Shown here: one piece after another, positions 1-8,468 of the stretch | Layout: the number at the start of each line of letters is the position of its first letter | Numbering within the stretch: position 1 is the stretch's first letter | Origin: an uncultured Bacteroidota bacterium | GTDB lineage: Bacteria > Bacteroidota > Bacteroidia > Flavobacteriales_F > PHOS-HE28 | NCBI GenBank assembly: GCA_902825795.1 | Contig: CADECG010000005.1 | Coordinates: 1 to 50,783 of the forward strand | Direction: 5' to 3' | DNA: 50,783 nucleotides | Notes under the pieces: model-generated | The model's input: the letters and a program-made list of their open reading frames with translations, nothing else | Told to the model about the DNA's origin: nothing | The model's database searches: none | Made by a program: the position numbers and the translations under genes

Positions 1-636
1 GATCATGATCCAGGGTTCACCAATGGGCACAGGACGCACGAAGCGGTTGAAGCCCAACAGCGAATCGCTCACCATGAAAAGGACCGCCCCCACGAACACC
101 ATCCAGAAGCTGCGGGAATAAGTACGCTGGTAGCGGAACCCGGCGGCAATGCCCATAAGCACGATACAGACACAATAGGCGATCACTGGAAGAAGGAGAT
201 CGGCTTCGACATACCGAGAGAGGTCGCTGGTGACAAGGAAACCGGCGACCACGACCAGGATCGCGATCACTCCGCCAAGTGCCAATCCATCCGTGCCGTC
301 GCTCTGGAAAATATTGTGTGCAAAGGCGACCGCGTAACACACATGGGCCAGCATGAATGCCGCAAGGCCCACCAGGAAATTGAAGCCATCGATGTAGACG
401 AACATCAACGCGATGTCGCCCACGAGCGAAAAGAAGAGCGCCGCCTGGATCAACAATGTGAAACGGTCACCGTAACGCTTGGTATTGAAGTAGAACCAAC
501 TGCCCAGGATCATCATCAGCAGCGGCTTGCAGATGTACTCGAGCCAGTGCAACTCGTTCATCTGGCCCGCCATCGCTCCAGCAGTAGCCGCTGCATATGC
601 AGCTCCATTCACAAAGGGGTTGCGCTTGATGTCCAT
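1..636 (-). CDS. Lysoplasmalogenase / YhhN family membrane protein (3' end runs off the window)
   Basis: Hand translation from ATG at 636: MDIKRNPF...ICKPLLM...FSLVGDIALMF...GLAAFMLAHVCY...PVIAYCVCIVLMG...GAVLFMVSDSLLGFNRF. The frame is open to position 1. It is absent from the ORF track because the stop lies outside the window. Confidence 0.85.
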   Translation of the reverse strand, partial: MDIKRNPFVNGAAYAAATAGAMAGQMNELHWLEYICKPLLMMILGSWFYFNTKRYGDRFTLLIQAALFFSLVGDIALMFVYIDGFNFLVGLAAFMLAHVCYAVAFAHNIFQSDGTDGLALGGVIAILVVVAGFLVTSDLSRYVEADLLLPVIAYCVCIVLMGIAAGFRYQRTYSRSFWMVFVGAVLFMVSDSLLGFNRFVRPVPIGEPWIMI

Positions 637-655
637 ATCCGGCGGGGCCGCCAAA

Positions 656-1198
656 TTAGACGGCGCTCGCTAGCGTCGTCCTGAATACCAATGCCTCCAC
701 CCCTCGGTGGATGGTGCGCTTCTCAACGCTCATCCCGTTGCGCTTGGCCACCGCTTGGCTTTTCACGTTCTCCGCATCTATTAGGGAGATGACCGTATGT
801 GAAAGCTGGTGCAGTCGTGCGAACTAGCGGCATGCGACCGCAGCTTCGGTGGCGAAACCCTTGCCCCACGCCGAGGGTAGCAGGTGATAGCCGATCTCCA
901 GTTCAGGAAGTCCATCAACAACTTGGGTCAGCAAGCCGATCATCCCAACCGGGCGCTCATCATCCAAGCGGACCACAGCATTCAAGCCGGAACCATCGTG
1001 GACGAACCGGTCCAGGGAACGCCGGATGAAAGCCGCGCAATCCGCCTCACTGCCGACCGTGAACGGCATGAAACGGATGGCCTCAGCGCTATTCAAATAA
1101 TCCATCCACCAAGCGCTGTCCTCCAGCACGGGCCTACGGAAACGCAGCCGTTCGGTACGAATACCTTCCATCGACGGCACCGGGAGCTTGATGGTCAT
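656..1198 (-). pseudogene. RimJ/RimL-type GNAT N-acetyltransferase interrupted by an in-frame TAG at 824-826
   Basis: N-terminal part (TERLRFR...EIGYHLLPSAWGKGFATEAA) stops at TAG. The same frame continues FARLHQLSHTVISLIDAENVKSQAVAKRNGMSVEK...SAV to TAA at 656-658, giving 180 codons in total. Confidence 0.8.
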
Positions 1199-1229
1199 GG
1201 GCGCAAAGGTGTGCTGCGCGGGCCAACGC

Positions 1230-1238
1230 TACATTCGC
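1230..1238 (+). promoter_or_regulatory. Bacteroidetes-type -7 box (TACATTCGC) for pheT
   Basis: TAnnTT(T/C)G-like motif in intergenic DNA upstream of the ATG. Confidence 0.6.
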
Positions 1239-1274
1239 CCGACTTTTTCCCGGCCTTATGTCGGGAACCACAAC

Positions 1275-3707
1275 ATGCGCATTTCCTGGAACTGGCTCAA
1301 GGCGTTGATCGATGCGGACATAACACCGCAAGCTGCTGCGGACGTGCTCACCAGCACTGGCTTGGAGGTGGAAAGCGTGGAGCCGGTGGAACCAGTTCGG
1401 GGTATGCTGGCCGGTGTGGTGGTCGGACATGTCCTGAAGCGCGAGAAGCATCCCGACGCCGACAGATTGAGCATTTGTTCAGTGGATCTTGGCAATGGTG
1501 TCCCGCTAGCGATCGTGTGCGGCGCCGCCAACGTTGCTGAAGGTCAGAAGGTGCTGGTGGCAACAGTGGGAAGCACGTTGCACATGGCCGATGGGAATAG
1601 CATAACCATCAAAAGGAGCAAGATCCGGGGCGCTGAGAGCAACGGCATGATCTGCGCCGAGGACGAACTCGGATTGGGTAAGGATCATGACGGCATTGTC
1701 GTACTCGACCCGAAAGCTGTTGCCGGAACACCGGCGGCGGATCACCTGCAGCTCACCAGCGATCATGTACTTGAGATCGGCCTCACGCCGAACCGTGCCG
1801 ATGCCATGAGCCATGTCGGCGTTGCGCGCGATCTGCTGGCAGCGCTCAACGTCCGCAATGGAAGCAAGTCCAAGGTGCTTTGGCCGGTTGTGGATGCCTT
1901 TGCGCAGGACGATGACGCGCGCCTTATTCCGGTGGAGGTCAGCGACCCACTTGCCTGCCCTCGATACGCAGGCGTTGCGCTCACCAATGTGAAAGTTGGT
2001 CCGTCCCCGGCATGGCTGCAGGAGCGGTTGAAGAGCATTGGGCTGAAGCCGATCAATAACGTTGTGGACGTCACGAACTACGTGCAGCACGAGATCGGGC
2101 AGCCCCTGCATGCATTCGATGCGGATCGGCTCAAGGGGGGGCGCGTCGTGGTGCGCAAAGCCGTTGAAGGGGAGCCCTTCGTTACGCTGGATAGCAAGGA
2201 GCGGAGGTTGAGTGCTGCCGATCTGGTGATCGCCGATGCAGAACATCCTGTGTGCATTGCTGGCGTGTTCGGTGGTGCTGAGAGCGGCGTATCGGGATCG
2301 ACGACGAGCGTATTCCTGGAAAGTGCATGCTTCGATGCTACGACGATCCGGCGCACTGCACGGAGGCATGGTTTGAATACTGATGCCTCATTCCGTTTTG
2401 AGCGCGGCGTCGATCCCGAGAACACGGTCTATGCATTGAAGCGGGCTGCATTGTTGCTGAAAGAAGTGGCGGGCGCCCGCATCAGTTCGGCCATCGTTGA
2501 TATCCATCCTGCTCCGCGTTCATGGTGCAGGGTTCAATTGTCCTTCGCGCATGTGGACTCGCTCATCGGCACTGCGCTTCCGAAGGAGAAGGTACTGAGC
2601 GTGTTGTCCGCTCTCGATTGCCGGATCGTCCGTTCGGATGCGGACGGCGTGGAAGTGGACGTGCCTCCATATCGTGTGGATGTGACACGACCAGCGGATC
2701 TGGTGGAGGAGATCGTTCGTATCATCGGCTTTGATCGCATCGCCATACCGGAGCGGTTGATGATGCCCGCATTGCAGGTGCCTGAAGTGACGTTGGATGG
2801 CGTCCAACGGCAGCTCGCCCTACACTTGAGCGCACGCGGGTTCCGTGAAGTGATGACGCCGTCGCTGGTCAACGGAGCGCTGGTGCTGAAGTCGGGAATT
2901 GTTCGGGAGGACTCGCTTGTGCGATTGCGCAATCCGTTGAGCGCTGAACTGGATGTGCTTCGACCCACCATGCTCTTTGGCTTGTTGCAAAGTGCTGCGC
3001 ACAACGCCGCGCGACAACAGCGCGACCTGCGTTTCTTCGAGAAGGGTCGGGTCTATTCGGTTGTTGACGGGAAGACCTTGGAGAAGGATCATACAGCGTT
3101 GCTGGTTACGGGAAGGCGCTGGCCTGAACGCTGGCGCACGAATGGCCGAAAGGTGGAGATGCTGGATGTGAAAGAAGAAGTTGAACTCATTCTGGAGCGG
3201 CTCCATATCGACACAGCGCATTTCGAAAATGCTGAACACGGAGGGCGTGGTCCGGTGATCGAAGTGCGGAGCAAGGATGGTCTTATGGGAGTGATCGGTG
3301 CCGTACCGGAGGACCAGTTGAAGGCATTCGACTTGTCGCAACCGGCGTACTACGCGGAGTTATACGATGAGGGCTGGGTGGCGGGCCTGCGGAAGCGGCA
3401 CATCTCTTATTCCGAGGTGTCGAAGTTCCCGGCCGTGCGCCGTGATCTGAGTTTGCTCCTGGATAGGGCAGTGAGCTTCGCGCAGTTGGAGAAGCTCGCT
3501 TTTCAGAGCGAGCGGAAACTGCTCCGTACGATCGATCTGTTCGACGTGTACGAGGGAGAAAAACTGCCTGCCGGGAAGAAGAGCTATGCGATCAGCTTCA
3601 TTCTACAAGATGCGGAGAAGACCTTGACCGATGATCAGGTTGAGAAGGCCATGGGTCGCATCCGCCAAACGTTCGAGAAAGAGGTCGGCGCGGAACTCCG
3701 CGGTTGA
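1275..3707 (+). CDS. pheT: Phenylalanine--tRNA ligase beta subunit
   Basis: MRISWNWLK start, tRNA-binding OB fold (HPDADRL, CGAANV), GLTPNRADAMSH, FERGVD, C-terminal FDX-ACB (SKFPAVRRDLS). Start placed at ATG 1275. Confidence 0.97.
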   Translation: MRISWNWLKALIDADITPQAAADVLTSTGLEVESVEPVEPVRGMLAGVVVGHVLKREKHPDADRLSICSVDLGNGVPLAIVCGAANVAEGQKVLVATVGSTLHMADGNSITIKRSKIRGAESNGMICAEDELGLGKDHDGIVVLDPKAVAGTPAADHLQLTSDHVLEIGLTPNRADAMSHVGVARDLLAALNVRNGSKSKVLWPVVDAFAQDDDARLIPVEVSDPLACPRYAGVALTNVKVGPSPAWLQERLKSIGLKPINNVVDVTNYVQHEIGQPLHAFDADRLKGGRVVVRKAVEGEPFVTLDSKERRLSAADLVIADAEHPVCIAGVFGGAESGVSGSTTSVFLESACFDATTIRRTARRHGLNTDASFRFERGVDPENTVYALKRAALLLKEVAGARISSAIVDIHPAPRSWCRVQLSFAHVDSLIGTALPKEKVLSVLSALDCRIVRSDADGVEVDVPPYRVDVTRPADLVEEIVRIIGFDRIAIPERLMMPALQVPEVTLDGVQRQLALHLSARGFREVMTPSLVNGALVLKSGIVREDSLVRLRNPLSAELDVLRPTMLFGLLQSAAHNAARQQRDLRFFEKGRVYSVVDGKTLEKDHTALLVTGRRWPERWRTNGRKVEMLDVKEEVELILERLHIDTAHFENAEHGGRGPVIEVRSKDGLMGVIGAVPEDQLKAFDLSQPAYYAELYDEGWVAGLRKRHISYSEVSKFPAVRRDLSLLLDRAVSFAQLEKLAFQSERKLLRTIDLFDVYEGEKLPAGKKSYAISFILQDAEKTLTDDQVEKAMGRIRQTFEKEVGAELRG

Positions 3708-3713
3708 GCGACA

Positions 3714-4241
3714 TCATTTCGCCCACCTGCGAATACTGGCCATTGCGGCCTCTCGCCCTTCAATGCTCACGACACGCGCCTTGTCCATCGGGTCGTAGTG
3801 GGTAAGCCAAGTGGTGAGAATGTCCTGTACACCTTTCGGCAGTTCTCGAACGTCGTCCACGTCCATGGTGAGCAGGCTCCGATCGATCGGCAAAGCGATG
3901 ATCTTGTCATCTCTTTCGTCGGCGTCGATCAGGTTGATGATACCGATCGGTTCCACTTCGAGCACGGTGCCGGTCGGAAGCGCAGGGCACAGCACGAAGA
4001 TGTCCAGCGCATCGCCGTCACCGCCCTCGGCCTTGTCCATCAACGTGCCCGGCACGTAGCCATAGTTGGCCGGGTAGGGCAGGAACTTGATGCGGCGTGG
4101 CGCGCCGTCACGCTTATTGACGGGGAAGGTCTTGGTCGCTGGGTCGTACTCGCGTTTGTCGCTGCTGCCCGCCGGGATCTCGATCACAGCATTCACATAT
4201 CCGTTCGCGCTGAATGCAGGGATGGCCTTGTAGTCGTTCAT
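3714..4241 (-). CDS. ppa: Family I soluble inorganic pyrophosphatase
   Basis: VIEIPAGS, YPANYGYVPGT, DGDALDIFVL, DERDDKIIA motifs. Start at MNDYK (4241) is inferred. Confidence 0.9.
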   Translation of the reverse strand: MNDYKAIPAFSANGYVNAVIEIPAGSSDKREYDPATKTFPVNKRDGAPRRIKFLPYPANYGYVPGTLMDKAEGGDGDALDIFVLCPALPTGTVLEVEPIGIINLIDADERDDKIIALPIDRSLLTMDVDDVRELPKGVQDILTTWLTHYDPMDKARVVSIEGREAAMASIRRWAK

Positions 4242-4293
4242 GGGTGTTGCACGATGCGAATGTGCAACACTGATCACGGAAAATGACCCGTGC

Positions 4294-5871
4294 TCAGCGC
4301 AAACTGTAGTTCAAACTGAGCAGCACGCCTGCGGCATGCGAACGCCGAGCGATATCGCCGGAGCTGAACGCGTTGAGCAACTGGCCCCGATAGCTCGGTT
4401 CGATGCCTATGGACCAAGCCGCATTGAACCGGTAGCGCACATAGGCGCGCGCCGTGTAGCCGAGCATGAGTGCACTGAACGGTTGGTCCGCAAGATCCGT
4501 GTACTCGGTCCATGCTGCGTTCGGCAGTGCGCCACGACGACCCGTAAGCAACCCGAAGTACGGGCCGCCGCGCACGCCAACGATCCACGGACCTTGTGTC
4601 AGGTGCGCATCAAGAAGAACGGGGATCTCCAAGTAGCACACGCTGTTCACATGGCTCCGTCCCTCGGCAGTGCGCGTGCTGGTGCTGATCGTGTCGGTGC
4701 TGCTATCGAGCACGGTTACCGTTGTGGTTACCTGTTGTGTGAGGTACGCGGTGTCGCCGCCTGTTGTGTCGATGCCCACAACGATGGTCACCGTCGTGTC
4801 GATGTAGTCCAAGAAGTAACTGTTCCGGTATTCCACGTCCGTGCGGAAGCGATCCTCAGAATTGAAGCGCTCCTTGTAGCAGGTGTAATGAACACCGAAG
4901 CCGATGCCGGTATTCCGGCCCAAGCGCATCATCTCAGCCCCGAACGTGGGCGTGGTGACAGAGGAGAGTGCATTGCCCCATTCGGCGCTGTTGCCTCCGG
5001 TGTACTTGGTTGCCGTGTTGTGGGCCCCACCCAACAAGCTGAATTCCAAAAACGGTTTCGTTCCGGTGGAGGCGGCCTGTTGCGGCGGCATTGTCGTGAG
5101 CAGCGTATCCTGTGCAACGCTCGCAATGGCATGCACCACCGTGGTATCCGAAGGGACCGGAGTTGTAAGGTCTATCGGTGGCACAGTCGCGCTCTCGGCT
5201 TGCTGCGCGTTCAAAGCGCTGCTTTGGGTCTTCGTCCCATGCTCCACCGGGGCTGTCTTGGTATCCGAGGCATTGGTTTCTTCAATGACATTCATCGGAT
5301 CGCCGATCACTGTATTCGGGACGTCTGCCACTGGTAAGACGTTGACCACTTCATTACCTATCGGAGTCTCAACAACAGCGATCCTTGGTAATTCCTCCGC
5401 GATCATGCCGCTCACGGCTTCGATCGGTGTTTCCGTCTTGGTCGATGACGGCGCTGGAACGAGGGGGCTCGACGAGGGCATGGCAGCCGCGTCAACGACC
5501 TTTCGCGCGTTGACGCCGGTTACTCCAGCCAACTCGTTTCCCTGGACAACAGTTGGGTCAACAGGGTCGTCGGTGCGAACGATCGCCGATGGCTCCTCTG
5601 TCTTCACAACCGACGTTGGACCTTCTGTCGGTTCCACAACTGTTCCGGTCGCTGCGACTTCCGCAGGTTGATGCACACTGGGCGCTACCCACCATATGAC
5701 ACCACCGACGAGCAATACGCCGACCGCGGCCAACGGCAGCCAGCCGATCCTGCGCTTGCGCCGTGTTTCCAGAGCGCGCTGCACGTCAGCCCAATGCGCT
5801 TCCTCGAACGGGAACTCGCGCTCGGCCAGCTTCCGCCGGCTCAGCTCATCGAAGTTGTCGGGTGTGTTCAT
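4294..5871 (-). CDS. Putative anti-sigma factor: short N-terminal domain, TM helix, long low-complexity linker, C-terminal outer-membrane beta-barrel
   Basis: RRKRR followed by a hydrophobic helix at about aa 42-62, a P/T/V/E/A-rich linker of about 210 aa, and a C-terminal amphipathic-strand region (YLEIPVLL...GVLLSLNYSLR). Overlaps the sigma gene by 4 nt. Confidence 0.7.
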   Translation of the reverse strand: MNTPDNFDELSRRKLAEREFPFEEAHWADVQRALETRRKRRIGWLPLAAVGVLLVGGVIWWVAPSVHQPAEVAATGTVVEPTEGPTSVVKTEEPSAIVRTDDPVDPTVVQGNELAGVTGVNARKVVDAAAMPSSSPLVPAPSSTKTETPIEAVSGMIAEELPRIAVVETPIGNEVVNVLPVADVPNTVIGDPMNVIEETNASDTKTAPVEHGTKTQSSALNAQQAESATVPPIDLTTPVPSDTTVVHAIASVAQDTLLTTMPPQQAASTGTKPFLEFSLLGGAHNTATKYTGGNSAEWGNALSSVTTPTFGAEMMRLGRNTGIGFGVHYTCYKERFNSEDRFRTDVEYRNSYFLDYIDTTVTIVVGIDTTGGDTAYLTQQVTTTVTVLDSSTDTISTSTRTAEGRSHVNSVCYLEIPVLLDAHLTQGPWIVGVRGGPYFGLLTGRRGALPNAAWTEYTDLADQPFSALMLGYTARAYVRYRFNAAWSIGIEPSYRGQLLNAFSSGDIARRSHAAGVLLSLNYSLR

Positions 5872-6428
5872 CGTAGTACGGCTTTACGTGTGCTGCTGCG
5901 TGCCAGCTCCGCGAGTGCACGTTGCAGAATGCCACGCGCATTATTGACATGCCATTTCGAAGTGCCTTCACTGATATCCAGCATCTCGGCTATTTCCTTG
6001 TGCGCGTGACCATCGATCGCGAACAGGTTGAAGACATTCCGGGACATCGGGGGCACTTGCAACAACAGATCGGCGAATGACTCAGCCTCCATGTTCCGCA
6101 GGTAGTCGTTCGCATCCGTTGCTTGGGCATCCTCCACTGCTTCATCCAACGATTCAACCGACTTGCGATGCTTTGAACTGCGGAAGGCGTCGATCACCGT
6201 ATTGATGATGATGCGTCGCGCCCATGGTTCGAACGGGACTTCCGGCCTGCGATCACCGATGCTATCCAGGATCTTCATGAATCCGGCGTTCATGCTCGAA
6301 ACCGCGTCCTGCTTATTGCGCTCATACCGGGAACACACCGACATCATCATGGGGTACAAGGCCTTGTACAACTCGTACTGGGCCTTGGCCTCCTTGCGGA
6401 TGCAGCGGTCGATGAGCGTGCGATCCAT
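5868..6428 (-). CDS. ECF-type RNA polymerase sigma-70 factor
   Basis: Region 2 (AQYELY, FEPWARRIIINTVID) and region 4 (VFNLFAIDGHAHKEIAEMLDISEGTSKWHVNNAR). Confidence 0.93.
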   Translation of the reverse strand: MDRTLIDRCIRKEAKAQYELYKALYPMMMSVCSRYERNKQDAVSSMNAGFMKILDSIGDRRPEVPFEPWARRIIINTVIDAFRSSKHRKSVESLDEAVEDAQATDANDYLRNMEAESFADLLLQVPPMSRNVFNLFAIDGHAHKEIAEMLDISEGTSKWHVNNARGILQRALAELARSSTRKAVLR

Positions 6429-6434
6429 TCGGTG

Positions 6435-6486
6435 CGATGTGACGAAGGGCCCCGACCAAGTCGGGACCCTTCCATCACGTACATCG
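6435..6486 (-). terminator. Stem-loop between the T9SS cargo gene and the ECF sigma gene (CCCGAC-caa-GTCGGG core)
   Basis: GAAGGG (6444-6449) pairs with CCCTTC (6467-6472), CCCGAC with GTCGGG (6451-6465), and CGATGT with ACATCG outside. No clear U-tract. Confidence 0.5.
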
Positions 6487-6490
6487 TTTA

Positions 6491-8383
6491 TCAGTTCGAC
6501 TTCACAAAGCGTTGACTGATCATCTGCTCACCGTTCGAGATGCGCAGCATGTACAGTCCGGAAGCCAGTTCACTTGTACCGATCACCATCTGGTTGCGGC
6601 CGCTTAACAACATGCGGCGCTCGGCCATTACCACCCTGCCATTCGCATCCACAATGGTGAGGTCAACATTCCCGCGGGTCGCATCACTCAGGGCAATGTT
6701 CAATTCATCCAAAGCGGGGTTCGGCCAGGTCGTAATGCCATCAGCGATGGAGTGATCCACCAAACCTTGACCGACCTGATTCTGCACATTTATCGTAAAG
6801 CCTTGTGTGCGTTGGCCGTTGCCACCGGTAAAGCCCGTGTACATGCCGTTGGCATCCACCGATACGGAGTCACAATGTGTGCTCGTGCAGCCCGCGCCGT
6901 CATCAATGGTGAGGCAGAGCGAGTACGGTCCGCCGTTCGCGTATTGGTGCGAGGGGAAAGCCGCAGTGCTCGATGTTCCGTCACCGAAGCTCCACAAGAA
7001 GCTGTACGTGCCACTGCCACCTGAACTCAGGTTCCAGATCCACAACTCGTTCGGGATGGGTTGCGGGTTGTTCAGGCTGTCGATCGTGAAGCCTTGCAGC
7101 ACCCAGAAGTCAGCAACGCAAGGGGTGTTGTTCGACCCAGCGCACACGCAGTTCGCGTCCCACATGTCATTCAATGTGTTCGGATCGCCATCGTCGCAGG
7201 CGGTACCCGGCATATCGGGGCCGTTCAACACGCCATTGCAATCGAACGGGTTCAGGAATACGCCCATGCACACACAGTTCGCGCTCCACAGGTCGTTGTA
7301 GGTGAGCGAGTCGCCATCGTTGCAGGCGGTGCCAGGCATGTTCGGTCCGAAGGGAATGCCCAAGCAATCGAGCGTGTTGTTCAAGGTGTCTTGGCAAATG
7401 CAGTTGGCCGTCCAGACCCCTGTGAAGATGGCACCATTCAAGGTGTCCGTGCACATCGTACCGGGCATGTTGGTGCCGTTCAGGAAGCCGAGACAATCCA
7501 CCGTTCCGTTGGTAACGCAGTTGCAGTTGATGTCCCAGGTACCCGTGAGAAGGATGCCACCGATGATGTCCGTGCAGGTAGTGCCGGGTAGATTGAGGCC
7601 ACCGGGAATCCCAAGACAATCATTGGCTACGCCGCCGCAAGTGAAATTGAGCACCACCGTTTCCAAGCCGGTGAATGAATAGCCAGTGGAATCCCACATC
7701 CAGGTCAAGCCACCATCGCAAGAGGCGTCGATCATTACCCAGCCTTGAACACTGTTCGTGGGTGAATAGGTGAAGGAGTATCCACAGTTGGCATCGGTAT
7801 AGATCACTGTGTCAAGAACGGGAACCGTCCACCAATCCATGATGTGTATGGGAGATGGACCGGTGCAGCCGGAAAGCAAACCGGTAACTGTAAGTACGTT
7901 CGGTCCACCAGCGTTACCAACACACACGCAGTTCGCATCCCACGTGTCGTTGAACGTGTTCGGGTCATTGTCCGAGCAGGCTGTGCCGGGCATGTTCGGG
8001 CCGTTGAGTTGCCCGAGGCAGTCGATCGGTCCGCCATTGCACGGCAGTGAGTATGTGCTGAAAACCGTGTCCATGAAGAATCCGAAAGAGGCGCTATCGT
8101 AGACACTAACGAATGCCCCGCCGCATTGGGTGCTCAATTGGATGATCGACGGAGATGTGGCAAGAGCGAGTTCGGTGGAGAAGGTGCATGTATTCGAGTC
8201 GACCACCAGATCAATGTTTATCACAGGCAGCGTACCAGGCATGGTGTGCACATTGACAACCTGTCCGGGATAGCATGGAGCCACCGTTCCTGAGATCATC
8301 CAGGTGTATGGTTGCTGGGCCATGGCGCTAACGGCAGTTATGGTGCCGAGGCTTAGCGTGAGTGAGCGGAGAATGGATCTCAT
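6491..8383 (-). CDS. T9SS type A cargo protein with Cys-rich repeats, PKD domain and CTD
   Basis: Signal peptide (...AVSAMAQQ), five DCxG...PGTxCxD...WxxNCxC repeats, PKD (YSFLWSFGDG, HQYANGGPYSLCLTI), CTD (WPNPALDELNI...SGLYMLRI...RFVK). Start uncertain (8383 or 8419). Confidence 0.85.
   Translation of the reverse strand: MRSILRSLTLSLGTITAVSAMAQQPYTWMISGTVAPCYPGQVVNVHTMPGTLPVINIDLVVDSNTCTFSTELALATSPSIIQLSTQCGGAFVSVYDSASFGFFMDTVFSTYSLPCNGGPIDCLGQLNGPNMPGTACSDNDPNTFNDTWDANCVCVGNAGGPNVLTVTGLLSGCTGPSPIHIMDWWTVPVLDTVIYTDANCGYSFTYSPTNSVQGWVMIDASCDGGLTWMWDSTGYSFTGLETVVLNFTCGGVANDCLGIPGGLNLPGTTCTDIIGGILLTGTWDINCNCVTNGTVDCLGFLNGTNMPGTMCTDTLNGAIFTGVWTANCICQDTLNNTLDCLGIPFGPNMPGTACNDGDSLTYNDLWSANCVCMGVFLNPFDCNGVLNGPDMPGTACDDGDPNTLNDMWDANCVCAGSNNTPCVADFWVLQGFTIDSLNNPQPIPNELWIWNLSSGGSGTYSFLWSFGDGTSSTAAFPSHQYANGGPYSLCLTIDDGAGCTSTHCDSVSVDANGMYTGFTGGNGQRTQGFTINVQNQVGQGLVDHSIADGITTWPNPALDELNIALSDATRGNVDLTIVDANGRVVMAERRMLLSGRNQMVIGTSELASGLYMLRISNGEQMISQRFVKSN
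7136..8023 (-). repeat. Five ~36-40 aa Cys-rich coding repeats (one at 7916-8023, four tandem at 7136-7621)
   Basis: Example unit: DCNGVLNGPDMPGTACDDGDPNTLNDMWDANCVCAG. Similarity is also visible at nucleotide level (gccgggcat..., gcagtt...). Confidence 0.9.
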
Positions 8384-8468
8384 GGATCGTTGGGTTTTCT
8401 GTTTTGCGTTCAACTCCATACACGGATGCTTCAGACTGGAGGTTGGGTCCACTTACACTTTTCGTCCC

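Noticed and set aside
660-823. Possible tRNA or ncRNA in the apparent gap between the YhhN and GNAT genes
   Set aside because: No cloverleaf or T-loop motif. The region is the in-frame C-terminal half of the GNAT gene.
824-826. Genome-wide TAG reassignment or pyrrolysine as the explanation for the GNAT amber codon
   Set aside because: TAG terminates several full-length genes here (glucosaminidase 13384, flippase 19823, porX 39988, proline dehydrogenase 42609). No pyl genes are seen.
7136-8023. Cys-rich repeats as a non-coding repeat array or DGR template/variable repeat
   Set aside because: All copies are in frame within one CDS, differences are not adenine-specific, and no reverse transcriptase is in the window.
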